Below are positions 38,405 through 52,309 of a stretch of DNA of 64,000 nucleotides, in pieces (position 1 is the first letter of the stretch; every line of letters starts with the position of its first letter). The notes under the pieces are model-generated. The model had not been told where the DNA came from. It did no database searches and saw only the letters and a program-made list of their open reading frames with translations. This DNA comes from Chiloscyllium plagiosum. Lineage: Eukaryota. The position numbers and the translations under genes were made by a program. The DNA is taken from assembly GCF_004010195.1 (NCBI RefSeq), contig NC_057718.1, positions 26,363,682-26,427,681 on the forward strand, in the 5' to 3' direction.

Positions 38405-40960
38405 CGATAGGAACATTGAAGTAGCAGTAGGCCATTCAGCCTTCCAAGCTTGCTGTTCTATTTGAGGTCACAGCCCATCATCCACCTCATTGCTATACAT
38501 TATAAGTTATTAATCTCACCCATGAACTTACTGACTGATTGAGCCCAGTAAAAACAAGGACTGCAGATGCTGGAAACCAGATTCTAGATTAGAGTGGTGC
38601 TGGAAAAGCAAGCAGTTCAGGCAGCATCCGAGGAGCTTCCAGCCTTCTCTGGGGTAGAGACTTCAAAAGATTCACCAGCCTCTGAGTAAAGAATTTCCTC
38701 ATCTCAGTCCTAAATGATGTGCCTTTTCTCAGAGACTGTGCTCCATGTTTCTAGAGCACACAGTCAGGGAAAACATCTTTCCTACAAATACTATGTCTAT
38801 CCTTTTCAGAATTTTGTATGTTTCTGTGAGATTATCTTCCATTCTTCTGAGGTCCAGAAAATCCGGCCCAGTGTCCTCAATCTCTCCTTGTAGGACAGGA
38901 AAAAAGTTTGATGAGGCTACACTACACTCCCAGCATAGCAATATGCTAGTATTTTCTTAGCTGAATATACTAGAAATGTACACAAGGAAATATTCTGCAT
39001 CTTTGTTCCTCCTAGTAAAGTAGATAACCTCACAAATATCCATGTTGTCTTCCATCTGCCATGTTCTTACCCACTTAGTCTGTCTAAGTCTCTTTGAAGC
39101 CCTCTTGCATCTTTCTCCCACCTGATATTCTCATTGAGTTTAGTATAATCTGCAAACTTTGAAATATTACAATTGATCCCAACATCATTATACAAATTAT
39201 GACCAGCTTGGGCCCAAACACTGATCCTTGTGTTTCCTCACTGATCCCACCCCATGCTCCTATGTTGCCCTCGGTCCCAATGCTTCAATTTTGAAAATCC
39301 AAATACGCAACATCCATAGATTTCCCCTTCATAAATCCATGCTGACTCTGTTCATTATTTCCTAAATATTCAATAATCACATGCTACCTTGTAGATTCCA
39401 GCAGTTTCCTTATTACTGACATCAGGTAACAGATCCATAGTTCCCTGTTTTCTCTCTCTCCCTCTGTTCTTAAACAGTGTGATTATATTTCCAGTCTTCC
39501 CATGTATAGGCACCACCACATAATGAATAGAACATTGAAAGATAATCACCAATTTATCAATCATTCCTTTAGCCACCTTCTGCAAAAGCCTGGAGTGAAG
39601 GTTATTATTGTCCCACGTATTTATCAACTTTTAGTCTTATTAATTTCTTCAGTACTACTTTTTGACTAATGCTAGTTGCATTCAGTTTCACATTCTCAGC
39701 ATACCCTTACATCTTTATTATTTCAGGGAGACCTCTTGGATCTTCCTCTATAAAGATGAAGACAAAATACCTATTTAGCTTCTTTGCCATTTCTCTATTT
39801 CCTCATATATATTCTCCCACCCCTACATGTAATGGAACCCCACTTTTGTCTTTGTTAACCATTTCTTTTTTATAATCCATTTTTAAATGGTTCTAGTTAT
39901 TTTCCATTCATGTTTCATTCTCTTTTTCTTTATCAGTTTCTTGTCTTCTCTTTTTGAAGTTCTCCCAATCCTCAGGCTTACTTTATTTTTGGTGCTTGTT
40001 TTAGCCTCCTCCTTTGATATAATATTATCTTTGTTAACCATAGTCAATAAAGTGTGGCGCTGAAAAAAAAACACAGCAGGTCAGGCATCATCTGAGGAGC
40101 AAGAGAGTTGATGTTTTGGGCTTAAGACCTTCATCAGACTCTCTTGCTCCTCAGATGCTGTCTGATTGGCTGTGCTTTTACCAGCGTCACACTTTATTGA
40201 CTCTGACTTCTCCAGCATCTGCAGTCCTCACTGCCTCCTCTTTGTTAACCATTACTGACTTGCCTTTTCTGTCAGGTATTTTTGGTCGAAGGAGCATATG
40301 TTTTTTGATAAACAAGTAATACTTACTTAAATCCCTATTACCTAGCTACAACCAGACATTTTGATCTATTTTTTCAATCCACCAATAGACAACTTCCTCC
40401 CCATACTTCCATAATCTCAAACTTAATGAGAAATTCCATCATATCATGATCACTATTCCCTAAAAAAGATGTACAACAAGGTTATTAATTAGCCTTTTCG
40501 CATTGCATATTATTAGACCTAAAATAGCCTGTTCCCCAGTTGGTTTCTCAACATATTGTTTCAGAAATCTACCTCAAATGTATTGCAGAAATATTTCCTC
40601 CACAGCATTCATACTCATTAGCTATATCCAGTCTATATATAGATCAAGGTAATCCAAGGTGCATTCCCTTTGGTACATACATTTCTAATTTCTTCTGATT
40701 AATACTGTGCTCTGCATTACCATGGCTTTTGGTGGCCTAGAAACCATTCCCTCCAATCTTTGTTGCCCTCGCTGTTTCTAAGGTCCATCTAAAAAAATTG
40801 TGCATTCTGTTCTTCAAATTAGTATTTTTCTTTCCCTAACACACTGATCCCATTGCTTATTGTCAATACTACCCCATCAGCTTATTCCTTTCTTTTATCC
40901 TTCCTACAAGTTGAATTTCCTTATTGTCCACACCTGTCTTGGTCACCCTACAGCCATGTC
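38405..40960 (-). mobile_element. Long, old CR1 LINE with Penelope-like insertions at 38548-38635 and 40042-40238
   Basis: Minus strand RRMEDNLTETYKILK, QGSVFGP, FADYTK, DKLVIIFQ..; the 40042-40238 insert is a fold-back with TSD tctttgttaaccat. Confidence 0.75.
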
Positions 40961-41838
40961 TCTGTAATGGCAATTCGACCATGCACTTCGACAAGCCTCA
41001 CTGGGATTGCAAGCTAGAATTCAAGCCTGCTACACCAGGGGTTCATCACAAAGTTTGCAAAATTCCTGAATGCACAAGTCTTTTTAGACCCAGGTTTATA
41101 GAAAGATTGTAAAATTCTCCCTGAACATGTATAGATGCAGAGAAGAAATTGGTGTTATGGGTGAACGAAAAAACATAGAAGGTCCTTGTCCCCAGGGTTT
41201 ACTGAGATGTCAGGACTTGCTGTTCCTTGGTTACCCATCTCCAGGTCCTTTCACTTGCTTGCAGGAGGTACAGAGCAACTGGTTTGCAACTTATAAAGTC
41301 TCTGACTTATTGGTTGAAAGCAACAGCTTCCAGCAACTGGTGAGGGAAAATAAACTAGTTTTAGCTTTCTTCTTCACCGCATAGAGAAAGAAACCATTTC
41401 TCTTCCCGAAAGACCAACGGCTTCTGATCTTAATGTTCACACCCATAAGTTGTTCAACTAATTGCGAGCCAAGCAAACAGCTTTGTGCAGGTGGAAGGCC
41501 TTTGTCAGCAAGAAGTGGTCACCACTTCATGGGTCATTGAACTATTGTCGTCAGCTAAGTCTCCATTTCTACACATTTCCCGGTGACAGTTTGGCTGCAA
41601 CTAAAATGCTCCTCCTAGTTGAACAAATTAAGTCCCACTATTCTTGGCATCATCTCAAAAGTTAAATATTGTGTCAAAGTATGTAAAGTCCTCAATCAGG
41701 TAGACCAGGCTAACAAAAAAACATGGACCAGGTTTTTCTGTACCTAACCTCAGGTATACAATTATTAATTGTTGACATATAACTCTATTCGGTAAAACTT
41801 AAAACACTCTTCTTAAAATCCACCTGCACAAATATATG

Positions 41839-42136
41839 TAGATTAGATTCCCTACAGCGTGGAAACAGGCCCTTCAGCCCAACCAGTCCACACCAACCCT
41901 CCAAAGAGTAACCCACCCAGACCCATTTCCCTCTGACTAATGCTATGGGCGATTTAGCATGGCCAATTCACCTGACCTAAGCATCTTTGGACTGTGGGGG
42001 GAAACCCGGAGCAAACCCGCACAGGTATGGGGTGAATGTGTAAGTTCCACACAGACAGTCACTCAAGGCTGGAATTGAGCCTGGGACCCTGGTGTTGTGA
42101 GGCAGCAATGCTAACCACTGAACCACCACACCGCCC
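41839..42136 (-). mobile_element. HE1-type V-SINE
   Basis: Reverse complement begins gggcggtgtggtggttcagtggttagcattgctgcctcac. Confidence 0.9.
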
Positions 42137-42794
42137 ATAGAGAGACAGCAAAACATTGCTGTTACATGTGCAGGGACAAAAAATTACTGAGAAAACAGTT
42201 CACTAGCAGAAGTCCTCGAGATTCGAAGGAGTGTTCCTTTTGTTTCTCAAGTTCTTCAGTTCTCTGATATTTTACTTCTGGTTCTCTCCCTTCACAGGAG
42301 GCACAGAAAGACTGATTCATGATTTATTTGTTAAAAGCGACAGCTTACAGCAACTGATGGGACAAAAAACATTGTCATTCTTCAGGCTTTAGGTACTTTA
42401 CTAGAGAGAGAGTGAGAGAGACACAGACACACACCATCTGCTCTTCCAGCAGTCTAAAGTGTTCTAGCAGTATCATTCATGTCCACAAGCTCTTCAGCTA
42501 CCCAGAAATAATCAAATATTTTTTGTTAGGCTGATGTCATCCACAACTAGTCACAACCCCACAAACCAATCAGTAAGCTATTGACGGCCAAATCTCACTT
42601 TTTATACACCCCATACTGCTATGCTGATGTTATCAGTATATTAGGGTGGGGGTGGCATGGAATTCACAGCATCACTACCCCAGTGCAAATATGAGGCTTT
42701 CTTCTGTGGAACCTCCAGCTCACGTCTAGCTAAAATTCATGTTACAACAGAGAAATACCATTATTATATTTCAATAAATGCAAAGTTCTATCGA

Positions 42795-43125
42795 AGCTGG
42801 AAATCTAAAACAAACAGAGAATGCTGGAGAGATTTAGTTATTCTGGCAGTATTTGTGGAGGGAGAAACACAGTTAACTCTTTTGAAGCTGGTGTCAGATT
42901 CAAAGTATTAACTCTGTTTCTCTCTCCACAGGCGAGAAAATGATGATTGCAGATGCTGGAGATCAGAGTCAAAAAGTGTCGTGCTGGAAAAGCACAGCCA
43001 GTCAGGCAGCATCCGAGGAGCAGGAGAGTTGATGTTTCAGGCATAAGCCCTTCATCTTCTCTCTCCACAGATGCTGCCAGAACTGCTGAGTTTTTCTCGC
43101 ATTTTCTGCGTTTCTGTGTTTCTTA
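42795..43125. mobile_element. Penelope-like family 3 fold-back with a nested family-1 insert (42932-43056)
   Basis: TSD ttctctctccacag at 42918-42931 and 43057-43070. Confidence 0.7.
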
Positions 43126-43151
43126 CTCCAATCCACTTTTGAATACCTATG

Positions 43152-43787
43152 TGTGATGATGCTGCTGGGTTTTCTTCCTCAGTGGGTTCATAAACACAGA
43201 GACTCCAGGAGGTGTAGGTTTGAAGTGCATTAGGGACAGTTTGATTATAGCTAACAGATACTGCCTCAGGCAAAAGGTTTCCAAGTTTTAAAAAAAAAAT
43301 GCTTGTACAATGAAAGGGGAGTGGCCAGTTCTCCCAGCTCAGTTTTTCTCTGGTTTGGTTTGGTTTTAGCCAGCAGTCTGGCTGTTCAGGCTTGCTAGTC
43401 AGTTGTGAAGCTGCTGGACCCAAAGAAGCAGATCCATGCTGATCCTCTCTCTCTCTCTGACATCTCTCTTGTAAGCCCTGTGTTGAATTTTTTCTTTTTT
43501 CGCAAACGGGTGTTTGTGGGGGTTGTTGCAAGTATTTGGAACAGCATCACTAAGTTGGGATAATATGTTGGGTTTTCAGATATGTTAAATTACTCTACAT
43601 TCTGTTCTCTTTGTGTTTCATTTGGCAATCTTGCGAATAATTTCTGTTTTGTTTAAAACCAAGTGGTTGGGCCAGCTGCATCACTCCTGGAATCTCCACT
43701 GTTTACCTGCTTAAAACAACGAGCAAAGTTGAGGTCTGGGCTACTCTCTTGAAATGTTTTGAGAGGGCCTGGCCTTGTCCATAAACA
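43152..43787 (+). mobile_element. Solo LTR related to the Gmr1-like LTRs
   Basis: TG...CA ends; shares ggaacagcat, tttgtgtttcatt, gaataa and ggtctgggct...aatgttttgag blocks with 31133-31767. Confidence 0.75.
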
Positions 43788-46700
43788 CATGATGCTAATA
43801 GATCGGAAGGGACACACACCTTGCTCAAGTTGCTGGAAAGTGCAATGAAAGCTACTTGTATATCACTCTAATAAAGTGGATCAAAATGCCCTTTGTATGA
43901 AAAAGGAATAAAATGGTCAAAACACTAGAGTGTGCTTCAGGGGCAGCTCCATGGTTATGAATACAGGAATTCCTAGACTTTTAAGTGTCCACTCAGTCAT
44001 TCTCCAGTTTAGTTTGGGGGCAAGCTGAGATTCTGTACCTTAGAAGGCCCCCCTAATCTCCAGGAATCCTGTGATCTGGCCTTACCCGTGACCTTTACAT
44101 TAAAAAAGACTATGGATTTTCAAGCTCAGAACTGTACATCATTTTCCAGTACTCTTTGGTATGCCAAACACTTTGAAATGCTTTAATAGATGTGATAAAC
44201 TGCTAATTTCCTGTTAATTATATGATTGATCCGGACAATTCTGGAGAAGAGCATGCAGTTTCGGTCAGTTTATTTCAAAAACCATTAAAAGCCTTTCTAA
44301 AGAGTAATGATGTCAAGCCTTCAGAGACTAATGCATGAGAATAGCTTAATTATCTAATTATAGTTTCATTTGCAAGAAGATTGAGGGGAGACAAATAAAA
44401 AGTGTAGCTTTCATTAAATGAAATTTAAACAAGAGCATTGAAGAATGGGAGTCTAACACAAACGTAAAGCAATACTTGAACTTCAAGAAAAATTAGCACA
44501 GCGTAGTAAATAGTGAAAGAAACTCATAGAGGTCAATACAGGGCCACATTTATAATCAGATTATGATTTGTTGAGAAAGATTATAGGAATTATAGAGCTA
44601 TAAACAGGACTACTCATTTTATTCAGCAGAGGTTAGGCAGGAAACTTGGGGATGAATCCTACCATAGTTTCGCCATGTGTCATTTCTGTTGAGTTTAATG
44701 GAAGGTTTCTCTTTGCAAGACCTCATAGATGTTTCTCATGCTATCATCCCAAACGTTCCTCATTAACTACTTACCACACTCTTGTGGTGCCCTTCATATC
44801 CAATCTTACCCCTATATTTCCATTCCCCGTAGCTGGAAGTATTTACCATTACTGGAATACCCAGGAACCCTGACATCACACTATCTTTAAAACACTGATG
44901 TTCACTCAGTCAATTACTAGTAGCCAAAAGCTGGTGGCACAGAGGAGGGACATTTTTTTCCCCAGGACTGGCTGAGATTGCTACAACCCTAGACCCTCCC
45001 ATCATGTTCTGAGAACGTGCAGCAATGTAGGAAGAACATCAGTGGATTTCTCACCCTACTAACGTCTTCTCTCTAACACCTTTCACTCATTCTAACTCTG
45101 CTACTGCACCCCATGTTCCACCAAGCCTTAAGTTCTACCATTCCCAATACTGGCAACATCCTTCCTCACCCACTCAAACTTCTTGATGCAAGGGACACTG
45201 TGTGACCTCTGTGCTGCCAATTTGCATACTTGGGCCACCACACTGACTTTCCTCCACCAGCAGCTATGCCACTTAATCCCTTCATTTTGTTCCAAGCAAG
45301 GAAAATACTGCTCATAATAGAGCCAAAAGAGCCAAGATATTCGGCTCCTCACCTCCAGCGAAAAGAGTATCCTAACCCTGGCCACCTGAGAGGCTAACAA
45401 GCCCTGTCCAAGCACCTGGACAGATCTTGGAGACTATCCTTGGCTGACTTTGCCAGGATCCCATGACTGAAGGGTGCCTTTCTTAAGTGAAGGAGAAAGT
45501 GTTCCCAATGGAATAAAAATTGACCTGTTGTGAGTGAAACTAAACCAAGTCCACACATTGCCATTTGATAGGTTTTCTGTTGTCATGCTCTTTCAGTGGA
45601 GTGATGTACAGGGCCTTTTTAGTCTAGCGTGGGAGCAAAAAACAATGTACTCATCTATCTAGAAAAGGCTCTGATATCAAACAAGAATTGGTTTATTGCA
45701 TGATAGCAACTTATTGTAGATTACATTGATACGATGGACGTTGTTTCAGAGACTATGAGGAAGACCTGGATGGTAGGTCTTACTCCTCTGAGATCCTTTG
45801 CTGTTCTGCCCACAAGACCTTATGGAATCCTTATAATGGTTGGCGCACATTTGTGTTCTTCAGTATCAAACCTTTCAGAATCATATAGAACATCATCTCT
45901 GAAGATTCTTTCTGTATTAGCATTATGCATTTGTGGGTATAATTACATTTACAATTTCCGATTTCACAAACAGACTTTGGGTGGGATATGCTGATCAGTG
46001 TGGCCATTGGTGAGAAAGTTAGGGGAATCAAGAGAGACTGGCAATGAGCAGCTTCCTGACTTTGGGAGCAAAATGTTCCCAAGTGTTGAATGCTGAGATG
46101 AAATACCCACTAGTGAATGGGAAGAGGCCTATTGGCATGTATTAGTATGTAATAACATCCTCATTTCTTCTCATTGAAATGCAGTTCCCCATTCTCCCAC
46201 CTGCCAGATAGAAACTAGACCGTTCCTGGCATTCAAGTCAGAATGGTAACTTGGCAACTCCAGCTCGTCACTTGCTCTATCTATCTGTAACATCTCAGAG
46301 CAGGCTCCATGCAAACAATTGCTGTTCACCTTGAAGTGCAGACAGTAGGATGCTAATTTCTGTCCATATCTAGGGCAATTGACAGAAACCATGGGTGTAG
46401 CTGTGGGCTGCCAACATTTGACCGAATGTACAACTGGGCATTAGAGATGGCATGACACTAGGGCATGGATGTCCCAGCAGTGCCGAGTATTTCTGGCTGT
46501 GTCAAGTGGGAAATGTAATGAATGAGGTGCCTTAGGGGCATGGGTATGGGTAAGGAGGCAAATTTGGGAAGATTGTTTGAGAGAACGCATAGTAAAATTC
46601 AGCCATTGTTACAGAGACTATGAGGAGGATCAGGTATTAGGTCATATTCCTCTGGAATCCTGAGCTGTTTGGCCTGCAGGTTCATGTGACTTCATCATAG

Positions 46701-48419
46701 AGGATGGTGCTTTTGGCACTTGTCCATATTAGCCCTTTCATAACCAGACACAACACGTTCAGCTGCTGTGGCTACTACTGAATCCTCTACAAGCTAGTAT
46801 GTTGCTGTCTCAAGCAGGCAGGGAGGCTGGCCCAGCAAGTCTACTTTGAACCCTACTCCCCTCATCAACTGCCAGAAGAACCACTTTCTCCTCTGCCTGG
46901 AGTCAACTGAGGAAAAACCCTCCAGAAAAGTGGGCTTCTATCAGTTGGTCTTATGTCACCATGAATTTACTGACTTTGGTAGCACCCTTTTGAGGACAAC
47001 TTTCCCTCCCATTCCTCAAACTCACATTTATAAAAATGACCTGGGTATGGGATGGAGGCAGGAATCAATATTCAGGTAGGTTCTCCAATATTCCACATCT
47101 GTATAGCTCCATTCCTGACTCCAGTGGGCTTCCCTTTGTCTCTGATGTTGCAGGTTTGATGAACCAAATGTGTTTTCCCCTTCTGGATTTTGTTTAGTTA
47201 GGCTGAGGTCAATTGCTATCCTTCTTCAACATTGCAAACTATGGGACTCAACCTAATCCAAGGAACAATTATTGGATGAGCTGAGTTGGGTATCAGGCAA
47301 AGTCCACTGTTGAATTTACACTTGTTCATTAATGGTTACGTTTTAAAACAGTTTGCTGGAAATTGCTCAGATTTTTTGCTGGTGTGTGAACTGATCAAGG
47401 TGCAGGTCATCTGGCAACTTGGTGAACAATGGGAAACACAGGGCATCATCTTAACCAATGACATTTAAAGATTGACAAATAAGCAAAGGAAAAACTTAGA
47501 AGAGGGTGAATGTGAATGGATGAATTTGATGCCAAGTCAGGTTTAGAAACAGAGATAGAGGGAGGGAAAGATTCAGTTAAGAGACTTAGAAAGAAAATAA
47601 ATGAAAGGAAAATTAAGAAAAAATAAACATTGTTCACTTTTACTTTTCCTGAAAATTTATAACCTCCACACTTGAGAAACAGAGATTGATGGAGTGTCAT
47701 TCACAATTATCACACTGTAAAGAGTACACTGATCATGTTAATTATGAGACTTAATTTTCCTCAGTGAATTGAATGGGTTTGTAATGTGCGAAAGCAGCAA
47801 CTTCATGGAAATCACAGTAAGATTAAGCACAAGATGCCACTTTTGCAAAGCTAATGACAGGGCAGTGCAACTTGTCGTGAGTCACAATGCACAGCGTATC
47901 TCTTTGTTACTGTAAGTACCAGGTCACTTTGTACATTATTAATGATATGTGACATTCAGATGTCATTATTTATTCAGCATAATATGACCCATTGCCTCAG
48001 GAGCCTAGAAAATGCATGAGACCTAAAGAACACTGTAGAATCTATATTGTTCTGCTAATATTAACCCTCTTCGCTACTGAATCTGATGTGGTATTAGTGA
48101 ATCTCAATATGAAACCTGTTCAGCACTGTGTATTCAATTCTTCAGTCAGCTGTATTTGTGGTCAAAGTTGTTATATTGACAAGGCAAACTGCTCCTAACT
48201 AATTGGTTTAGCTGCCTGTCATGAATGAGCTGGGGCTTGCTTCAGGATTTGATTGTTTTGGAAAAGTAGAAAATTGGATAATACGTTTGCACTCTCAGTT
48301 CTCCTGCTGTTCACCCTTAGCTGTGAAAGCCCTATGTGGCCTTTCATTTATTCCTAGCACCCATTAGTGCTAACTTTGACAGTACAGAGCAAATACAGTG
48401 TGGCTGGTGGAAGTTTTTT

Positions 48420-48710
48420 TTAGATTACTTACAATGTGAAAACAGACCCTTCGGCCCAACAAGTCTACACCGACCGCCACCCACCCAGACCCATTCCCCT
48501 ACATTTACCCCTTCACCTAACACTACGGTCAATTCACCTAACCTGCACATTTTTGGACAGTGGGAGAAAACCAGAGCACCCGGAGGAAACCCACGCAGAC
48601 ACAGGGAGAATGTGCAAACTCCACACAGAGAGTCACCTGAGGTAGGCATTGAACCCAGGTCTCTGGCACTGTAAGGCAGCAGTGCTAACCACTGTGCCAC
48701 CGTGCCGCCC
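48420..48710 (-). mobile_element. HE1-type V-SINE, young
   Basis: Close reverse complement of 54345-54654. Confidence 0.92.
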
Positions 48711-50313
48711 ACCAACAAGCTACCAACAAGTGTAACATTTAAAAACCAGGATGGACAAGGATTTTAACAACTTATCAGCAGTTGCTTATACACTGATGTG
48801 TTATGAAAAGAAGTGGATTGATCTCCACTGCCTTTGATAGTTAAAACAAGAGTTTCATGATATATTTATAGAGTTTGATTTTTCAGCCCTCTCCTGTATG
48901 TTGCTGCTCCATTGAGATATAAGCATCTGGGAATAAAAACAAGATTTCTGTCAATGTAGAAAAACATAGAGCAGTTTTTTTTCCCCCTGAATTCATCAAA
49001 TTAAATAGTTGTGCTGAAACACGGAACATTTTCCCATTTTGCCTTGAGTGAAGTTACCTACAGATCTTGTCCAGTCAATTATTTATGACAGAAGCCAACA
49101 ATACAGTATTCATTCTGAAGAAGAGTCATTGGACCCAAAACTCTGCTTTCTGTTCACAGATTCTGCCAGATCTGCTGAGTTTTTCCAGCTATTTCTGATT
49201 TTCTTTCTGATTTCCAACTTCTGCAGCTCTTTGGATTTTTGGGGTTCTTTTAGATGCAAAATTAATATTTGATTTCTTGCTTATCATATCCTCAACTAAT
49301 CCATGAGCAGTATATTTGATATTAAATTAAGTTTTTGTATTGCTTTTTGTACTGTGCACTGATATCTGCAAGGAACTGAATTTAGAACTACTTCTCTCCC
49401 CATTTACGTTTTATGATTTCCTCCATTTAAGGTTATCTTCTGCATATTTTCAACCAGGATGGAAGGAAGGTTCATATTAGAGATAACTAAACAAGAGTAA
49501 TATGACCTACCAAAAGTATAATAGGGCAATGTAGACACTGACCACCAAGAAGAGGTTGAACATCTTTGCACTTATTTTTTCGTGAAATATCAACATTCCG
49601 AAATGAGTTTTAAATGGTCATCTGCTGCGCCTGATCTCTCTCAGAAATATGCCAGCAGCAATGTGAAAAGCCAGTGACTCTTAAATCTGCAATCCTCAAA
49701 TGATTCCTAGTCTCCTTCCATATGAAAACTGCAAACCTACGGTATTGGGTCTCCTAGTATAAGATTGATTATTAACTGAAGCTATCCCCCAAAATGTCCC
49801 CTGGAGTGACCAGCTTATAAAAGCTAGCTGAAGTTTTATAACATTTGGAGCAGGTAGGACTTGAGCGCAGATCTACCTGGCTCAAAGTTAGCGAAATTAA
49901 CACTGCACCACTGAGCCTTTATGTGAAATGGTAAATGTACTTTATTGGCTAAGGTTTGTGAACAGACTACCTGCATTTCCACTTAATGGAAATAGTGGGA
50001 AGTGAATAGAAAAAATGGATAAGCTTGTTTGTTTTTTGCCCCCTTGCAGCTTCAGGAGGTTGTTAGGAAAGGAAATCAGAATCAAGCTTTGACAATGGCT
50101 TTCATTTCTTAAGCTCCTTTAATGTTCAATCCCACTTTAGACTTAAGAGAAATAATAAAAATCCTTGTCAAGCTGGAAAAATAGAAAATGCAAGGGATAG
50201 GCACAGCTAAGTCAAAGAGATATGTTTCAAGGAGGTTCTTCACAAAAAAGGTAGACAGCTGGACTGTTTAAATGGAGATGAAAAGCACATAGAGGAGGTT
50301 ACTATTTGATGAT

Positions 50314-50426
50314 CAGAGTCAAGATTAGAGTGGTGCTGGAAAAGCACAGCAGGTCAGGCAGCATCGAAGGAGCAGGAAAATCAACGTTTCAGGCAAAAGC
50401 CCTTCATCAGAAAGCCTACTTTCACC
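50314..50426 (-). mobile_element. Penelope-like terminal fragment with hammerhead core
   Basis: Minus strand ctgatgaagggcttttgcctgaaacgttga; TSD tactattt(g/t)atgat. Confidence 0.75.
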
Positions 50427-50989
50427 TACTATTTTATGATGATATCCTAAACACGTAGGGCTGGAATCGGGGTAGGCAGCATTTAACCTAAACATGCCTG
50501 GGTTTGGTTGATTGGTCAGCTAGAAGAAATTGTGTTGACAGTTTCAAATCCAAGTCTGAAAGCCACCCATTTATAGCCTTAACAGAGGCAGAATGAGGTC
50601 CAGGCAACTAATACACTCATTGGAGGTGGGTCAGTCATTGAAACCTTTTAAAATGTTTATGTATCTCCATTTTAATATGATTTCTGTTGAGAGCTCCTCT
50701 TGTTTGTGTTTCAACCTTGGGAAACTTAGCAGTTTAAAAGATGCAAGAGTAATCAGATCTTTAGAGTCATAGAGGCATAGAGATGTACAGCATGGAAACA
50801 GACCCTTCGGTCCAACCTGTCCATGTGTTTCCTTCAATCCCCAACAAACTACCCAGTTAATACCACATTTGCATTAACTCCCACCTCCCCCCACAAACTT
50901 CCCCATCCTTTCTCTGAAAGTACAGACCCTGGACAGGACAAGGCTCAGCTGCTCTGTAATGAAGTTCCCACTCGACAGTTTTGTTCATC

Positions 50990-51515
50990 AGGAGAAAGTG
51001 AGGTCCGCAGATGCTGGAGATCAGAGTTGAGAGGGTGGTGCTGGAAAAGCACAGCAGATCAGGCAGCATCTGAGGAGAAGGAGAGTCAACATTTCTGGCA
51101 TAAGCCATTCAACAGGAATGAGGCTTGTGGGTTGGGGTGGGCGGGGGCTGCTGAAAGATAAATGGGAGGGGGGTGGTATGGGGCGAAGGTAGTTGGGGAT
51201 GTGATAAGTAGATGAAGGTGGACGGGGAGAAGGTGATAGTCGGACAAGAAGGTGGAGCGGATAAGTGGGGAAGAAAGATTGACAGATCAAGAGGGCAGTG
51301 CCAAGTTAGGACTGGGAGGTGGGAGGGGGGGGGTTGGAATGAGAAAATTGGTGAAATCCACATTGATGCCATGGGGCTGCAGGGTCCCAAGGTGGAAGAT
51401 GAGGCATTCTTTCTCCAAGTGTCAGGTGGCAAGGGGTTGGCAATGGAGAAGGCCCAGGACCTGCATGTCCTTGGTGGAGTGGGAGGGGGACTTAAAGTGT
51501 TTGCCCCATGGCCAT
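50990..51515 (-). mobile_element. Penelope-like element 3' part: GIY-YIG C-terminus, UTR and terminal repeat
   Basis: Minus strand HLEKECLIFHLGTLQPHGINVDF is contiguous with the gctggaaaagcacagcag terminal repeat, which links that repeat family to Penelope. Confidence 0.85.
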
Positions 51516-51679
51516 TCGGGGTAATCGACTCTTCCACATTTCCCAACCTTTATTCCATCACCACAACCCCACCCCCGCAGACTCTCAATCACCACTCGGT
51601 AAATATTGAAATGGTTGTCAATGTCACATCTAATAGTTAAAATATTGGAAACAGAAAGTTTCTTTCATATGAATCCTTC

Positions 51680-51990
51680 CACAGATGTGGGTTTTGTCAT
51701 GAGGCCAAAGTTTCTTGTTTATTCCTAATTGCCCATAAGATGGTGCTGAGGGGCTACTGCTTCCGTGAACTGCGATAATCCATTTGGTGTTTGTACATCA
51801 CACTGTTCTGTTAGAATGGGAGTTTCAGCATTTTGATCCAATCACAGTGAAAGAATGACAATAAACTTCCACGTCAGGATGGTAAGTGGCTTGGAGGGGA
51901 ACTTGCAGGTGGTCTGGTGCTAGTACTCATCTGCTGCCCTTGTCCTTCTAGATATGAGAGATCATGGTTATGGAACGTGATGTTGAAGGA
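51680..51990 (-). mobile_element. Second CR1-clade LINE family 3' fragment
   Basis: Homologous to 27420-27648. Confidence 0.7.
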
Positions 51991-52010
51991 GAATACATGA
52001 ATTAATGTAA

Positions 52011-52229
<219 letters not shown>

Positions 52230-52309
52230 TAAAATAATTAATGGAAATCACAAACATCCTTAGCAGTGGAAACTGTTTTTATTTTAATGATCTCAACCAC
52301 GTCAATTGG

